Assembly: GCA_963823655.1 (NCBI GenBank)
Contig: CAWGMK010000012.1
Span: forward strand, 74,611-138,610
Length of the DNA stretch: 64,000 nt
Reading direction: 5' to 3'
Origin: an uncultured Bacillota bacterium
Lineage (GTDB): Bacteria; Bacillota; DTU025; MWDF01
The notes beneath the pieces were generated by a model. It made no database searches, had not been told where the DNA came from, and was given only the letters and a program-made list of their open reading frames with translations. Below are positions 20,084-29,064 of the stretch, piece by piece. Position 1 is the first letter of the stretch; each line of letters starts with the position of its first letter. The translations under genes were made by a program, and so were the position numbers.

Positions 20084-20133
20084 GCTATGCTCATTGGTGA
20101 CGTATTCGACAGCCGCCTTGCGCTTTGCCGGGC

Positions 20134-20412
20134 TCAGAAGTTTTTTGAGTTCACATCCCTCAATACCGCATTATCAAGACTTAGCTCAGCTACAAGTGTC
20201 TTGAGCCTGGCATTTTCCTTCTCAAGCTCTTTCAGCCTTTTGGCTTCGGATACATTCATTCCGCCATACTTGCTGCGCCATTTGTAGTATGTTTGCTCCG
20301 ATATCTCTGCTTGACGTACTGCTTCTGCCACTGTTTTGCCCTGATTGCACAGAATTTCGATGCTTCTGAGCTTTACGATTATCTGCTCTGGCGTGTAGTT
20401 CTGCTTACCCAT
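20134..20412 (-). CDS. IS3-family transposase OrfA (HTH)
   Basis: 92 aa, ..EISEQTYYKWRSKYGG.. plus a leucine zipper; AAAAAAC heptamer (plus strand 20140-20146) at its 3' end. Confidence 0.9.
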   Translation of the reverse strand: MGKQNYTPEQIIVKLRSIEILCNQGKTVAEAVRQAEISEQTYYKWRSKYGGMNVSEAKRLKELEKENARLKTLVAELSLDNAVLRDVNSKNF

Positions 20413-20483
20413 TTCTACTACCTCCCCACTAGATTTTACCTTGGTTTTCCCTAACCTCTTCCTGGTATTAATCTAGGGGGTCA

Positions 20484-20708
20484 TATCAGTCGAAGTAAAG
20501 CTGCGCTTGACTACAACATCTCAACCTCATCAGGCAGCAGCAGAATGGTCGGCACTCTGCAAGTAAAGATGGGCTTGACTCATAGGCGAAGTAAAGCTGT
20601 GCTTGACTACAACATCTCAACCTCATCAGGCGGCAGCAGAATGGTCGGCACTCTGCAAGTAAAGATGGGCTTGACTCATAGGTAGAGTAAAGCTGCGCTT
20701 GACTACAC
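20484..20708. repeat. 96-bp tandem repeat array, right part (~2.3 units)
   Basis: Same unit as 18944-19170, nearly identical copies. Confidence 0.9.
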
Positions 20709-20932
20709 TGCTTTTGCAATATCGATCTTCATTAGCAAAGTGCCTTTGGGTATCTGCAATAACTACTAATGTTCTAGTTCCTTCGCCATATTTGGCTATT
20801 AGGAATACTGGATAAGGAATTGACGGAGGACGTGTTCAGTATGTACTTAGAAAAAAGATTGTAAGAATGAACAATTCGGCAGGGGAATAACACTGTGAGG
20901 GCTAATCTTTCATTTGCTAAGGAGGAAATGAT

Positions 20933-21400
20933 ATGGACGATGGAGTCAAGCTGGTAGAACTAACAGGCGAGAATACTCTTTGTATCCGTACGAGGGCATC
21001 TATGGAAACATTGCCGATGACGATCGGCGGCTGCTACAGCAGGATCCTTGAATATCTCGAGATACTGGGAGAAGAGTGCGCCGGAGTGCCTTATGTCGCG
21101 TATTTCAACCTTGATATGACGAACATGGATGTCGAGATTGGCTTTCCTGTCGCAAAGCCCTTGCCCGCAAGCGGAGAGATGAAGCCCGGGCACGGTGCTT
21201 CCGGCCTCTGCGTCGAGGCGATGTACAAAGGCCCCTATTCAGCCATGGTAATGACCTACAACTATGTCGCCGATTGGATGGCCAAGCACGGATATGAGAA
21301 TGCCGGCCCCTACTATGAGTATTATTACAACTCGCCGATGGAAGTGCCGGAAAGCGAGCTGCTTACTAAGATAGTCATACCAGTAAGAAAGAAGGTATAG
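20933..21400 (+). CDS. GyrI-like small-molecule-binding domain protein
   Basis: 155 aa; pattern typical of GyrI-like/SbmC effector-binding domains; AAGGAGG RBS. Confidence 0.65.
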   Translation: MDDGVKLVELTGENTLCIRTRASMETLPMTIGGCYSRILEYLEILGEECAGVPYVAYFNLDMTNMDVEIGFPVAKPLPASGEMKPGHGASGLCVEAMYKGPYSAMVMTYNYVADWMAKHGYENAGPYYEYYYNSPMEVPESELLTKIVIPVRKKV

Positions 21401-21404
21401 GTGC

Positions 21405-22232
21405 ATGCTTGAAATCCCCGAGGCCGCTGTAGTTGCCTCGCAGTTGGACATTAGGCTGAAGGGCAGAAAGATAAGGCGCATCAAAGCAGCCTCATCTCCG
21501 CACAAGTTCGCATGGTTCACGGCTGATCCGAAGCATTATGAAGATGAGCTCCTCTGGAAAGAAGTCAACTCGGTAAGGCCGGTCGGCGGCATGATCGAGA
21601 TGGACTTCGACGGAGCCGGCCTGGTCTTCAGCGACGGAGCGAACCTCAGGCTATTTGAGCAAGGAGAGAAGCTTCCCCTGAAGCATCAGCTCCTGCTCGA
21701 GTTCGACGACGCATCGGTCCTTACCGCGTCAGTCCTAATGTATGGCGGGATATCGCTCTTTACCGATAACACCTATGACAACGTCTATTACCTGAATTCC
21801 AGGTTGAAGCCGTCTCCTTTGTCGGATGCCTTTGACAGGTCCTACTTCGATGGGCTGTTCAAGAAGTGCACCGGCAATCTCAGCCTCAAGGCGTTCCTTG
21901 CTACCGAGCAAAGGATACCCGGCCTGGGAAACGGAACCTTGCAGGACATCCTCTTTGAAGCAGGTATGCACCCCAGGAGGAAGGTAGAGACGCTGGATGC
22001 AAATGACAAGGACACGCTCTTCAAAGCGCTGAAGGGGACTCTGGCTTCCATGTACAAGCATGGAGGCAGGGATGTAGAGTCGGACGCGTTCGGAAAAGCC
22101 GGGGGCTATAAGACGAAGGCGGGGAAGAATACCGCAGGGCAGCACTGTATGAGGTGCGGTAACGGCATTATCACCAAGGAGAGCTACATGGGAGGCAGCA
22201 TCTATTACTGCGATTCCTGTCAAAGCAGATAG
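21405..22232 (+). CDS. Fpg/Nei-family DNA glycosylase-like protein
   Basis: N-terminus MLEIPEA (compare MPELPEV), H2TH region, C-terminal zinc finger CMRCG..CDSC. Confidence 0.7.
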   Translation: MLEIPEAAVVASQLDIRLKGRKIRRIKAASSPHKFAWFTADPKHYEDELLWKEVNSVRPVGGMIEMDFDGAGLVFSDGANLRLFEQGEKLPLKHQLLLEFDDASVLTASVLMYGGISLFTDNTYDNVYYLNSRLKPSPLSDAFDRSYFDGLFKKCTGNLSLKAFLATEQRIPGLGNGTLQDILFEAGMHPRRKVETLDANDKDTLFKALKGTLASMYKHGGRDVESDAFGKAGGYKTKAGKNTAGQHCMRCGNGIITKESYMGGSIYYCDSCQSR

Positions 22233-22452
22233 GGTAATATTCGGCCTCGGGAGAATATATAGGTAAATATCGATATTGGGTATCATAAAGCTAAATATGT
22301 GTATGGGCTTACGAAATTGCCGATATTTGCAGGAATGTTGGCCTTGCAGTCGAATAAAGACTTATTAATACGGATTTGGTGTCCGATAATTTTAAGCAAC
22401 CTTGGTATTTTGGGAAGAACGATCATTACGGTATTTGAAGGGAGATTGGAAG

Positions 22453-23046
22453 ATGAGCAGGCACATTAGAGGTTTTCTTGTACTGGCGATAGTATTGGCA
22501 CTGTCATTTACGACGATGGCGGCATTCAAAGTTGAGAAGGAGCTGCCGAAGGGCTTCGTATCAGCCTGGGCAAGCATCCAGGGCTCGGCTGCCGGCAATT
22601 TCGTCACCGGTCCGGAGGTTGGCGACTGGCACAGCATCCAGGCACAGTTCCCCTATGAGAAGAGCGCAGTTACCGTAAGGTTGGTCTACAACGAGAACAA
22701 GCTCGTTACAGTGCAGACCGAGTTCGGTGTGAGCATGAACGACTTCATGACATACGACTGGTACGCGTTCGGCGAGTTCCACGGCAAGCTCTTCGCGTCA
22801 ATCACCGGCCTGGACGCCGTTAAGTTCACCGATACTTTGAACATTTGCATGGACGAGATCTACGCGAAGATCATGGGACAGTATAAGGGAGAGATCTACT
22901 TCCAGATGGCCAACGGCATCCTCACCGGCGTAAGGCTCAAGAGGGGCACCGGCGGCATCCTGAACATCTACTACTACCTTAATGAAGCCAAGCTCAATGG
23001 CGACGGCACTCCCAGGACGGACATGCTGTTCTTCGAGATGAAGTAA
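22453..23046 (+). CDS. Secreted protein, unknown function
   Basis: ATG 22453 with GGGAGATTGGAAG upstream; signal peptide MSRHIRGFLVLAIVLALSFTTMAA. Confidence 0.6.
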   Translation: MSRHIRGFLVLAIVLALSFTTMAAFKVEKELPKGFVSAWASIQGSAAGNFVTGPEVGDWHSIQAQFPYEKSAVTVRLVYNENKLVTVQTEFGVSMNDFMTYDWYAFGEFHGKLFASITGLDAVKFTDTLNICMDEIYAKIMGQYKGEIYFQMANGILTGVRLKRGTGGILNIYYYLNEAKLNGDGTPRTDMLFFEMK

Positions 23047-23070
23047 GGAAGACCTTTAAGTCTAGCAACC

Positions 23071-23106
23071 GGCACCCCGCATAAAAAACGGGGTGCCTTT
23101 TATTTT
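23071..23106 (+). terminator. Rho-independent terminator
   Basis: GGCACCCCG / CGGGGTGCC stem followed by TTTTATTTT. Confidence 0.85.
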
Positions 23107-23303
23107 AATGACGGCTATAATCTAGTTGCGGACAATCGTTATATTGTCCCAAAAGGAGTGGTGTTTATGAAGGAAATGATGACGGCGAGGGTGGCCGAGG
23201 AATAATCGAATAGCCGCGGGCGTGCTGGTTTCTGCCTCCGCCCGGTACAAGGGGATAGCTATATAGGATATTGAAGGAACGGCGAGCCGTTTCTTGAAGA
23301 TAT

Positions 23304-23334
23304 ATCCGCAGGGGCTTGCCTCTGCGGATTTTTG
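23304..23334 (+). terminator. Rho-independent terminator/attenuator 50 nt upstream of rsgA
   Basis: TCCGCAG / CTGCGGA stem followed by TTTTTG. Confidence 0.6.
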
Positions 23335-23384
23335 TATGCCAGCGGCTAGGGCGGAAGGACTTATATAAAGGAAGGTAGTAAGCG

Positions 23385-24425
23385 TTGAGTCTTATTGACT
23401 ATGGATATTCGAAAAGAGCAGAGAAGCTATTTGATGCTGACGTTACGAAAGGCCAGTTTATTAGGGCGCGCGTCATAGACGACTTCGGCACGGGGTTCCT
23501 GCTGGCATCAGACGCAGGCGAGCTGGAGGCTGTGCTGTCAGGAGGGCTGCTTTCCGACGCCGAAGCCATAAGGCCGGTGGCGGGAGACTGGGTGCTGGCG
23601 CGAGTGGCGCCCGAGGGCGGGCATGGGCAGGTCGTGAAGGTCATGCCCAGATACAGCGAGCTGAAGAGGGCGGACACGATTGTCGACTGGAAGAGCACGG
23701 TAGTGGCCGCGAACTTCGATTACCTGATGATGATGGTGTCTATGAACATGAACTTCAGCTTGAATAGGATAGAGAGGCTGATTACAAGCGCGTGGTCCAG
23801 CGGCGGCACACCCGTTCTCGTCTTAAGCAAGAAGGACGTCTGCGAGGATGCGGAGTCTTTAATCGCGAAGGCCAGGGACGTCGTCCCCGGAACAGATGTG
23901 GTCGCAATAAGCTCCATGACAGGAGAGGGCATAGAAGAAGTAGCGGCCTTCTTCCGAGGAGGAGTTACTTGCGCGGTAGTGGGCTCTTCCGGCGTTGGCA
24001 AGTCCACGCTTCTCAACTATCTTATGGGAAGGCAAATTGCAAAGACGGCATCCATTAGGGAAGTTGATTCCAAGGGGAGGCACACTACTTCCCACAGGAC
24101 GCTGCACCTGTTACCTGGAGGCGGGCTTTTCCTGGACACTCCGGGAGTCAGGTCCTTCGGCCTTACAGCAGAGGATGAGGAGATGGGCAAAGCCTTCCAG
24201 GATATAGAGGAACTGGCACAGGGATGCCGCTTCAGCGACTGCGCCCACAAGGGGGAGCCTGGTTGCGCGGTGGCCAAGGCGATCGAAGACGGGCTCCTTG
24301 AGGAGAGAAGGTACTTAAGCTATCTCAAGCTGCAGAAGGAGATAAGGCATGTGCAGGCCAAGACCGAGGTTGCGGCACGCCTTGAGCAGAAGAGGAAAGG
24401 CAAGACTCATTGCGAAGCTCATTAA
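23385..24425 (+). CDS. rsgA: Ribosome small-subunit-dependent GTPase A
   Basis: Circularly permuted GTPase (..LSKKD.. then GSSGVGKSTLLN), ..DTPG.. and a C-terminal zinc knuckle CRFSDCAH..EPGCAV; TTG start. Confidence 0.85.
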   Translation: MSLIDYGYSKRAEKLFDADVTKGQFIRARVIDDFGTGFLLASDAGELEAVLSGGLLSDAEAIRPVAGDWVLARVAPEGGHGQVVKVMPRYSELKRADTIVDWKSTVVAANFDYLMMMVSMNMNFSLNRIERLITSAWSSGGTPVLVLSKKDVCEDAESLIAKARDVVPGTDVVAISSMTGEGIEEVAAFFRGGVTCAVVGSSGVGKSTLLNYLMGRQIAKTASIREVDSKGRHTTSHRTLHLLPGGGLFLDTPGVRSFGLTAEDEEMGKAFQDIEELAQGCRFSDCAHKGEPGCAVAKAIEDGLLEERRYLSYLKLQKEIRHVQAKTEVAARLEQKRKGKTHCEAH

Positions 24426-24594
24426 GCAGCTGGGTAAATAAAGATACAAGCGGACTAAAATGAATGAATGAGGCCGGTAGGCAGGGCGGGAGGGATCCCG
24501 CCCTGCTGCATGTAGCAGAAAAAACCATTAGCCTAAGGTATATTGCCCGAGGAGGAACCTGAGTTCGAACTTCAAAGGCAAGCTTACTAGAATT

Positions 24595-24629
24595 GAGGGC
24601 TCATGCAGGGAAAAACTGCATGAGCCCTC
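24595..24629. terminator. Strong hairpin between convergent genes
   Basis: GAGGGCTCATGCAG / CTGCATGAGCCCTC, perfect 14-bp stem followed by TGCTTT. Confidence 0.7.
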
Positions 24630-24666
24630 TGCTTTACTAACATTTCACTAATAATCCGTTTCGTCA

Positions 24667-24712
24667 AGTCAAGTTGCGCTTTACTTATGCCCCAGTCAAG
24701 CTGTGCTTTACA
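24667..24712. repeat. Solo pair of the AGTCAAG-N5-CTTTACT palindromic motif (reverse orientation of the 96-bp array motif)
   Basis: AGTCAAGTTGCGCTTTACT (24667-24685) and AGTCAAGCTGTGCTTTAC (24694-24711), 27 bp apart. Confidence 0.75.
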
Positions 24713-25583
24713 GCGCATCCACATTGATCGACCCGCTCACTGTCGTCAGCTCCACGTTCAAGGAGCCATCCCCGACCCTGCCGACCAGCTTCTTCGTCGT
24801 CGAGGACTCTACTACCATAGGGAAGTCGCAGCTGACATGCCCTGATACGCTGCTGGCTTTGATCGTGAACTGCTCCCCGTCTCCGAGCCCAAGCAAGATG
24901 CCCCCGGAGATCGAATTTATGTTGATGTCCTTTGCTTCAGTAACGCGATTGGCATCTATCCTGCCGGACACGGTGCTGGCCACATAGCTGCTGCAGGAGA
25001 CGTGTTCTGTCTCAATCCTTCCCGAGACGCTGTGCGCCTTGAACGTGCCGCTTACAAACACCTCGCCCACGCTGACCCTGCCGGAGACCGAATCCAGGTT
25101 TATATCCGTAGCCTTCGCCCCGCCCTCCAGGAACAAGGGGCCTGAGACGCTGCTTGCCTCCAGCGACCCCTCGAAGCTTATGGGTATCACGACGTCGAGC
25201 ACCAGGTCGCTCACCTTCAGCCTGTAGGAGAATATATCGCGGGGTTCTACCTCGATTTTGGCAATGCCGTCTTCCGTCTCTATCGACAGCTTGGGTACGA
25301 TGGAGCTTCCCAATAGCCCCACGTCACCCCAGAAGTGCGCCGTGATAGTGGGAACATCCTGGTACTTGATTGTGATGACAGCGCTCACACTCGAAATGTC
25401 CACTCCGGTCAGGCCGAGAGTGTCCAGATCAGCGCTCTCGTCGACAGAGTACTTGTCGGAGCCGTGGTATGCTTCTGTCGTTGAGTTCAGGTTCGGCGGC
25501 GGGTTCTCGGTATAGTAGTAGAGGAAAGTAACAGCGCCCGCCAATACGACTAACATAAGAAGAAGTGCCAGCTTCTTGGTCAT
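24708..25583 (-). CDS. DUF4097-like beta-strand repeat protein (putative adhesin fold), membrane anchored
   Basis: N-terminal TM segment, then repeated ..SVSG.I..(D/E).. strands. Confidence 0.7.
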   Translation of the reverse strand: MTKKLALLLMLVVLAGAVTFLYYYTENPPPNLNSTTEAYHGSDKYSVDESADLDTLGLTGVDISSVSAVITIKYQDVPTITAHFWGDVGLLGSSIVPKLSIETEDGIAKIEVEPRDIFSYRLKVSDLVLDVVIPISFEGSLEASSVSGPLFLEGGAKATDINLDSVSGRVSVGEVFVSGTFKAHSVSGRIETEHVSCSSYVASTVSGRIDANRVTEAKDININSISGGILLGLGDGEQFTIKASSVSGHVSCDFPMVVESSTTKKLVGRVGDGSLNVELTTVSGSINVDAL

Positions 25584-25810
25584 GGTATCCCCTTCCTTTT
25601 AGTGCCTGCCCGCCTTTTCGGCCCAAGCGCCGCCGCCTGAAGGAAAAAGTGGCCCAGCATTGAATTAATAGGTAAAGAAACCGCCTCGTGCCGTAAATAG
25701 ACACTACTGAGGCCTTCTTTCTCGTTCAATATAGCATAAAGGGGTGTACTTCAGAAGGCATTTAGAGCACTTTATGAAAGAAATAGCCTTGAGACGAAGG
25801 AGGGGTATGG

Positions 25811-26287
25811 ATGGAATTTCGGAGCGCGACTACCAATGACCGGGAGGCGCTGGGGAAGTTCATCGAGAAAAGGTGGGGTTGCGACTACCTGGTCTCTAAG
25901 ATGAAGATCTATACCGTCAAGGACCTCGACGCATTCCTCTGCGAAGATGAGGGCAAGATAATAGCCTGCGCCACCTACTATATAGAGGGGGCGGAGTGCG
26001 AGATAGTATCCCTTGATTCCACAAAGCCCGGCGAGGGCTTAGGCAGGCAGCTCATGGGCATGTGCGAGAACGCCGCAAGAAGCTCCGGCTGCACCAGGAT
26101 CTGGCTTATGACCACCAATGACAACACATATGCTCTAAGGCTGTTCCAGAGGCTCGGCTACAGGATATGCGAGGTGTATCTCGACGAGGTGAAGAGGTAC
26201 AGGGATCTTAAGCCTTGCATACCCCACATCGGAAACGACGGCATACCCATACTCGACCTGTTCGAGCTGGAAAAGCAGATAAAATAG
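25811..26287 (+). CDS. GNAT-family N-acetyltransferase
   Basis: 158 aa with an acetyl-CoA motif region ..GEGLGRQLM.. Confidence 0.75.
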   Translation: MEFRSATTNDREALGKFIEKRWGCDYLVSKMKIYTVKDLDAFLCEDEGKIIACATYYIEGAECEIVSLDSTKPGEGLGRQLMGMCENAARSSGCTRIWLMTTNDNTYALRLFQRLGYRICEVYLDEVKRYRDLKPCIPHIGNDGIPILDLFELEKQIK

Positions 26288-26336
26288 AAGCACAGGAAGG
26301 CACTTATCGACACATCACATCGGAGGCCGGTACACA

Positions 26337-27182
26337 ATGAACGAAGTACAAATCGTCACCGACAGCTGCGCGCTGCTCAAAGATGATGAGGCCCGGGAGC
26401 TGGGCGTTGAGATCACACCGATACTACTGAACCTCGACGGCAGCTCCTACCGAGACGGCGTCGAGATGAGCCATGAGCAGTTCTACAAGCTTCTTCGGGG
26501 TGGAGCCAAGGCTACCACCTCCCAGCCCTACCTAGGAGACGTAGTAGAGGCCTTCAAGAAGGGCCTTAACAACGCGAAGAGGATACTTCACATATCGATC
26601 TCCGAGGGGCTCTCCGGCACCTACCAGAACGCCATTATGGCGGCCCGCATGGTGGATGATGCAAGGATCACAGTGCTCAACTCAAAGACCATTTGCGGCA
26701 CGCAGCGCTACCTCGTCGAGAAGGCGGCAAAGCTCGCCAAGCTCGGAAAGAGCCTGGATGAGATTGTAGAATCTCTCAACCGCTCGATAGCCGACATGCA
26801 ATCCTTCCTAATCGCCGTCGACTTCTCCTATATAAGAAGAAGCGGAAGGCTCTCGAAGACCGCCGCAATCATTGGCTCGATCCTTCGGATAAAGCCTGTC
26901 CTCAGGCTAAACGACGAGGGCACCAGGATAGAGAAATATGCGATAGCAAGGACCATGAACCACGCAATAGACATGATAACGGACAGCATCATTAGAAGGG
27001 GCGCCGACGCAATGCACCGCTTCTACATATGCCACGGGGACGACTTGAGGCGGCGAGGAAGGCTGCCGACAGGATAAAGGAGCGGGTCCAGGGGGCAGTC
27101 GTCGAGATACTGCTGCTGTCGCCCACCATGGCGGCGCACGGCGGGCCCCGGCTGCATCACCGTCCACCACATAAGATCCTGA
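26337..27182 (+). CDS. DegV-family fatty-acid-binding protein, two apparent frameshifts
   Basis: IVTDSCALL.. N-terminus. The C-terminus ..LEAARKAADRIKE.. and ..AAHGGPGCITVHH are recovered by 1-nt shifts at G4 27036-27039 and C4 27146-27149. Confidence 0.75.
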
Positions 27183-27239
27183 TAGCGACCAGTCCCAAAT
27201 AACCGGGCCGGGCCCTCAAATCAGGACCCGGCCATTAAA

Positions 27240-28944
27240 ATGCAATCGGGGGTAAATCTCAGGGCAATGGGCAGGCTATTCAAGGGAAAGGGCATAAGGA
27301 TAACGCTCATCATCGCTGTCGCGCTCGCGGCAGTGCTGTTAGACATGATATTTCTTCCCGATAAAGCCGGCCTTCCCTCAGAAAGCCTCGTCCAGGACTC
27401 CGAGCGCCCTCTATCTCTTCGCGGCAGGCTCCGTCCCTGCCTCAGAGGAGGAATACCTAAAGCTTAAGAACATCATCGAGGAGCAGTCCCCGCCCCAAGG
27501 CCATAACTGGATAACCGAGACCGTAAGGGATGCCGCATTCCCCTCCGACGCCCCCTGGCGCCGCCTCGTGGGAAGGATACAGGCTCCCGAGGCCGTCGTG
27601 GATGAAGTACATCAGACTGTCCTTGCAAGAGTCATCGGGATACTCGGCATAGTTGCCACCGGCTCCGGCAGCCACCCCTCGGACTTCGAGGTCCATATCA
27701 CAGCGGGCAGGGGCATAAGCGCCTATTCCATGGCTGACGGCTCCATATACCTCTCCTACGCGCTTGCGGCATCTCTTGACGATGATGAGATCGCTTTCGC
27801 GCTCGCACACGAGATAAGGCATCTGAGGGCCTGTCATTACAAGCTGGAGGACGGGTACACCTGGGTCCTGGACGAGCCGCACGCGAAGGCCTTCGCAAAG
27901 CTGGCCCAAGAGGGGTTCGAATCCCTTATCGATCCCTCCGAGCTTTATTATGACCAGGAGTCCGAATGCGACGCCTACGCCGCCTTCATAACCGCCTACT
28001 GCGGCTTCGACCCCCAGGCAGGCCTTCGCCTCATCGACAGGCTTCCCGAGGGCGACGGCAGGCTCTATCCGCCCAAAGCCCGAAGGATAGAGGATCTCAC
28101 AAAGCTAATCGGCCTCATCTCGGCCGAGGAGTTCACAAGGCTGCACCTTCCCGCCCTGTACCTGGGCAACAGGCTCAAGATGATAATAGGCTCGGGAAGA
28201 GAGGAAACAGAGGAGAGCAAGGAGTACGACTTCGCAGCGCTAGTGCTTCTAAGAGACGCCGCCGCGCTCGACATGCTCATGAAGCAGGACAGGGGGGAGG
28301 GGGAGGCCCCGATAATATACCCCGGGCTTTTCGAGGTGAGGCTCGGCGCAAGGCTTGAGACCTCTGCCAAACAGGCAGCGACTTTGGACATCGCCCTTAT
28401 AATCAGATCGCCCGGCATCAGCGGCATGGCGCCCGCCAGCATCTCCTTGAAAGCAGTCATGCTCAACTGCTACGACGGCTGGAGGCTCGCATCAGTATTC
28501 GACACCTCCGGCAGGGATGCCGCATGGACGGTATGGGCACAGGCAGAGGACAAGCTGCCCTTTGCGAAGCCCGATCCGGACGGCGAGATGAGATACGCAA
28601 TGGATGCCCTCTCCGCCTGGAAGGCGAGCTTCACGCTCGATCCTGCCCTTCATATGCTCTGCTATTCGCAGTCAGGGATTCAGCCCTACTTCGAAAACGG
28701 CGCAGGCGGCGACGACGATGCCTTCGACCTGCTGGCGCTCTCCGACCTTTTCTCGTCGCTGGAGGCGGGATCAGAGCTTCGGATATTCGACATAACGGCC
28801 AGCAAGGCGGGCAGGGGCTTCGTTACCATAAGCTTTGGCTACACATTGCTTGCGGGAGGCTTTCCGGTGTTAGCCGGCAACTGCAGGCTCGGGATGGTGC
28901 CGGAGCGGGGCGGCTGGGCAGTTGCGGGCGTAAGCCTTTTCTAA
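27240..28944 (+). CDS. Membrane-anchored HExxH zinc metalloprotease (M48-like) with large C-terminal domain, apparent frameshift
   Basis: The N-terminal TM segment (27240-27467 frame) joins the 27568-28944 frame near 27400-27412; LAHEIRH motif. Confidence 0.6.
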
Positions 28945-29000
28945 ATCACTGGCGCAGAACGAAGCACAAATTCGGGTGCCGGAATTTCGCGCGAGTATTG

Positions 29001-29036
29001 AAAAAGCCGAAGGCTTCAATCTGCCTTCGGCTTTTT
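29001..29036. terminator. Bidirectional rho-independent terminator
   Basis: AAAAAGCCGAAGGC / GCCTTCGGCTTTTT, flanked by A and T tracts. Confidence 0.85.
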
Positions 29037-29064
29037 CAGCTATTAATCAACTAAAGGATAAAGG

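Larger units (their letters stand above)
19171..20483 (-). mobile_element. IS3-family insertion sequence (~1.3 kb)
   Basis: Ends TGACC.../...GGTCA with imperfect terminal inverted repeats; orfA and orfB with an A6C slippery site. Confidence 0.85.

Noticed and set aside
18944-20708. Possible CRISPR array (regularly spaced short palindromic motif).
   Set aside because: The sequences between the motifs are themselves conserved from unit to unit (a 96-bp tandem repeat). Spacing alternates 68/28 bp, and no cas genes are nearby. It is a tandem repeat, not repeat-spacer architecture.
18460-20932. Prophage or integrative element between the merR-like and GyrI-like genes.
   Set aside because: The only mobile content is a single IS3 element. 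There is no integrase, tRNA target, att-like long direct repeats or phage genes. It is better described as a repeat/IS-laden intergenic region.
24540-24600. tRNA-like GAGTTCGAAC segment.
   Set aside because: The flanking bases do not form a T-stem or acceptor stem, and no cloverleaf can be drawn. No tRNA or rRNA gene was recognised anywhere in the window.
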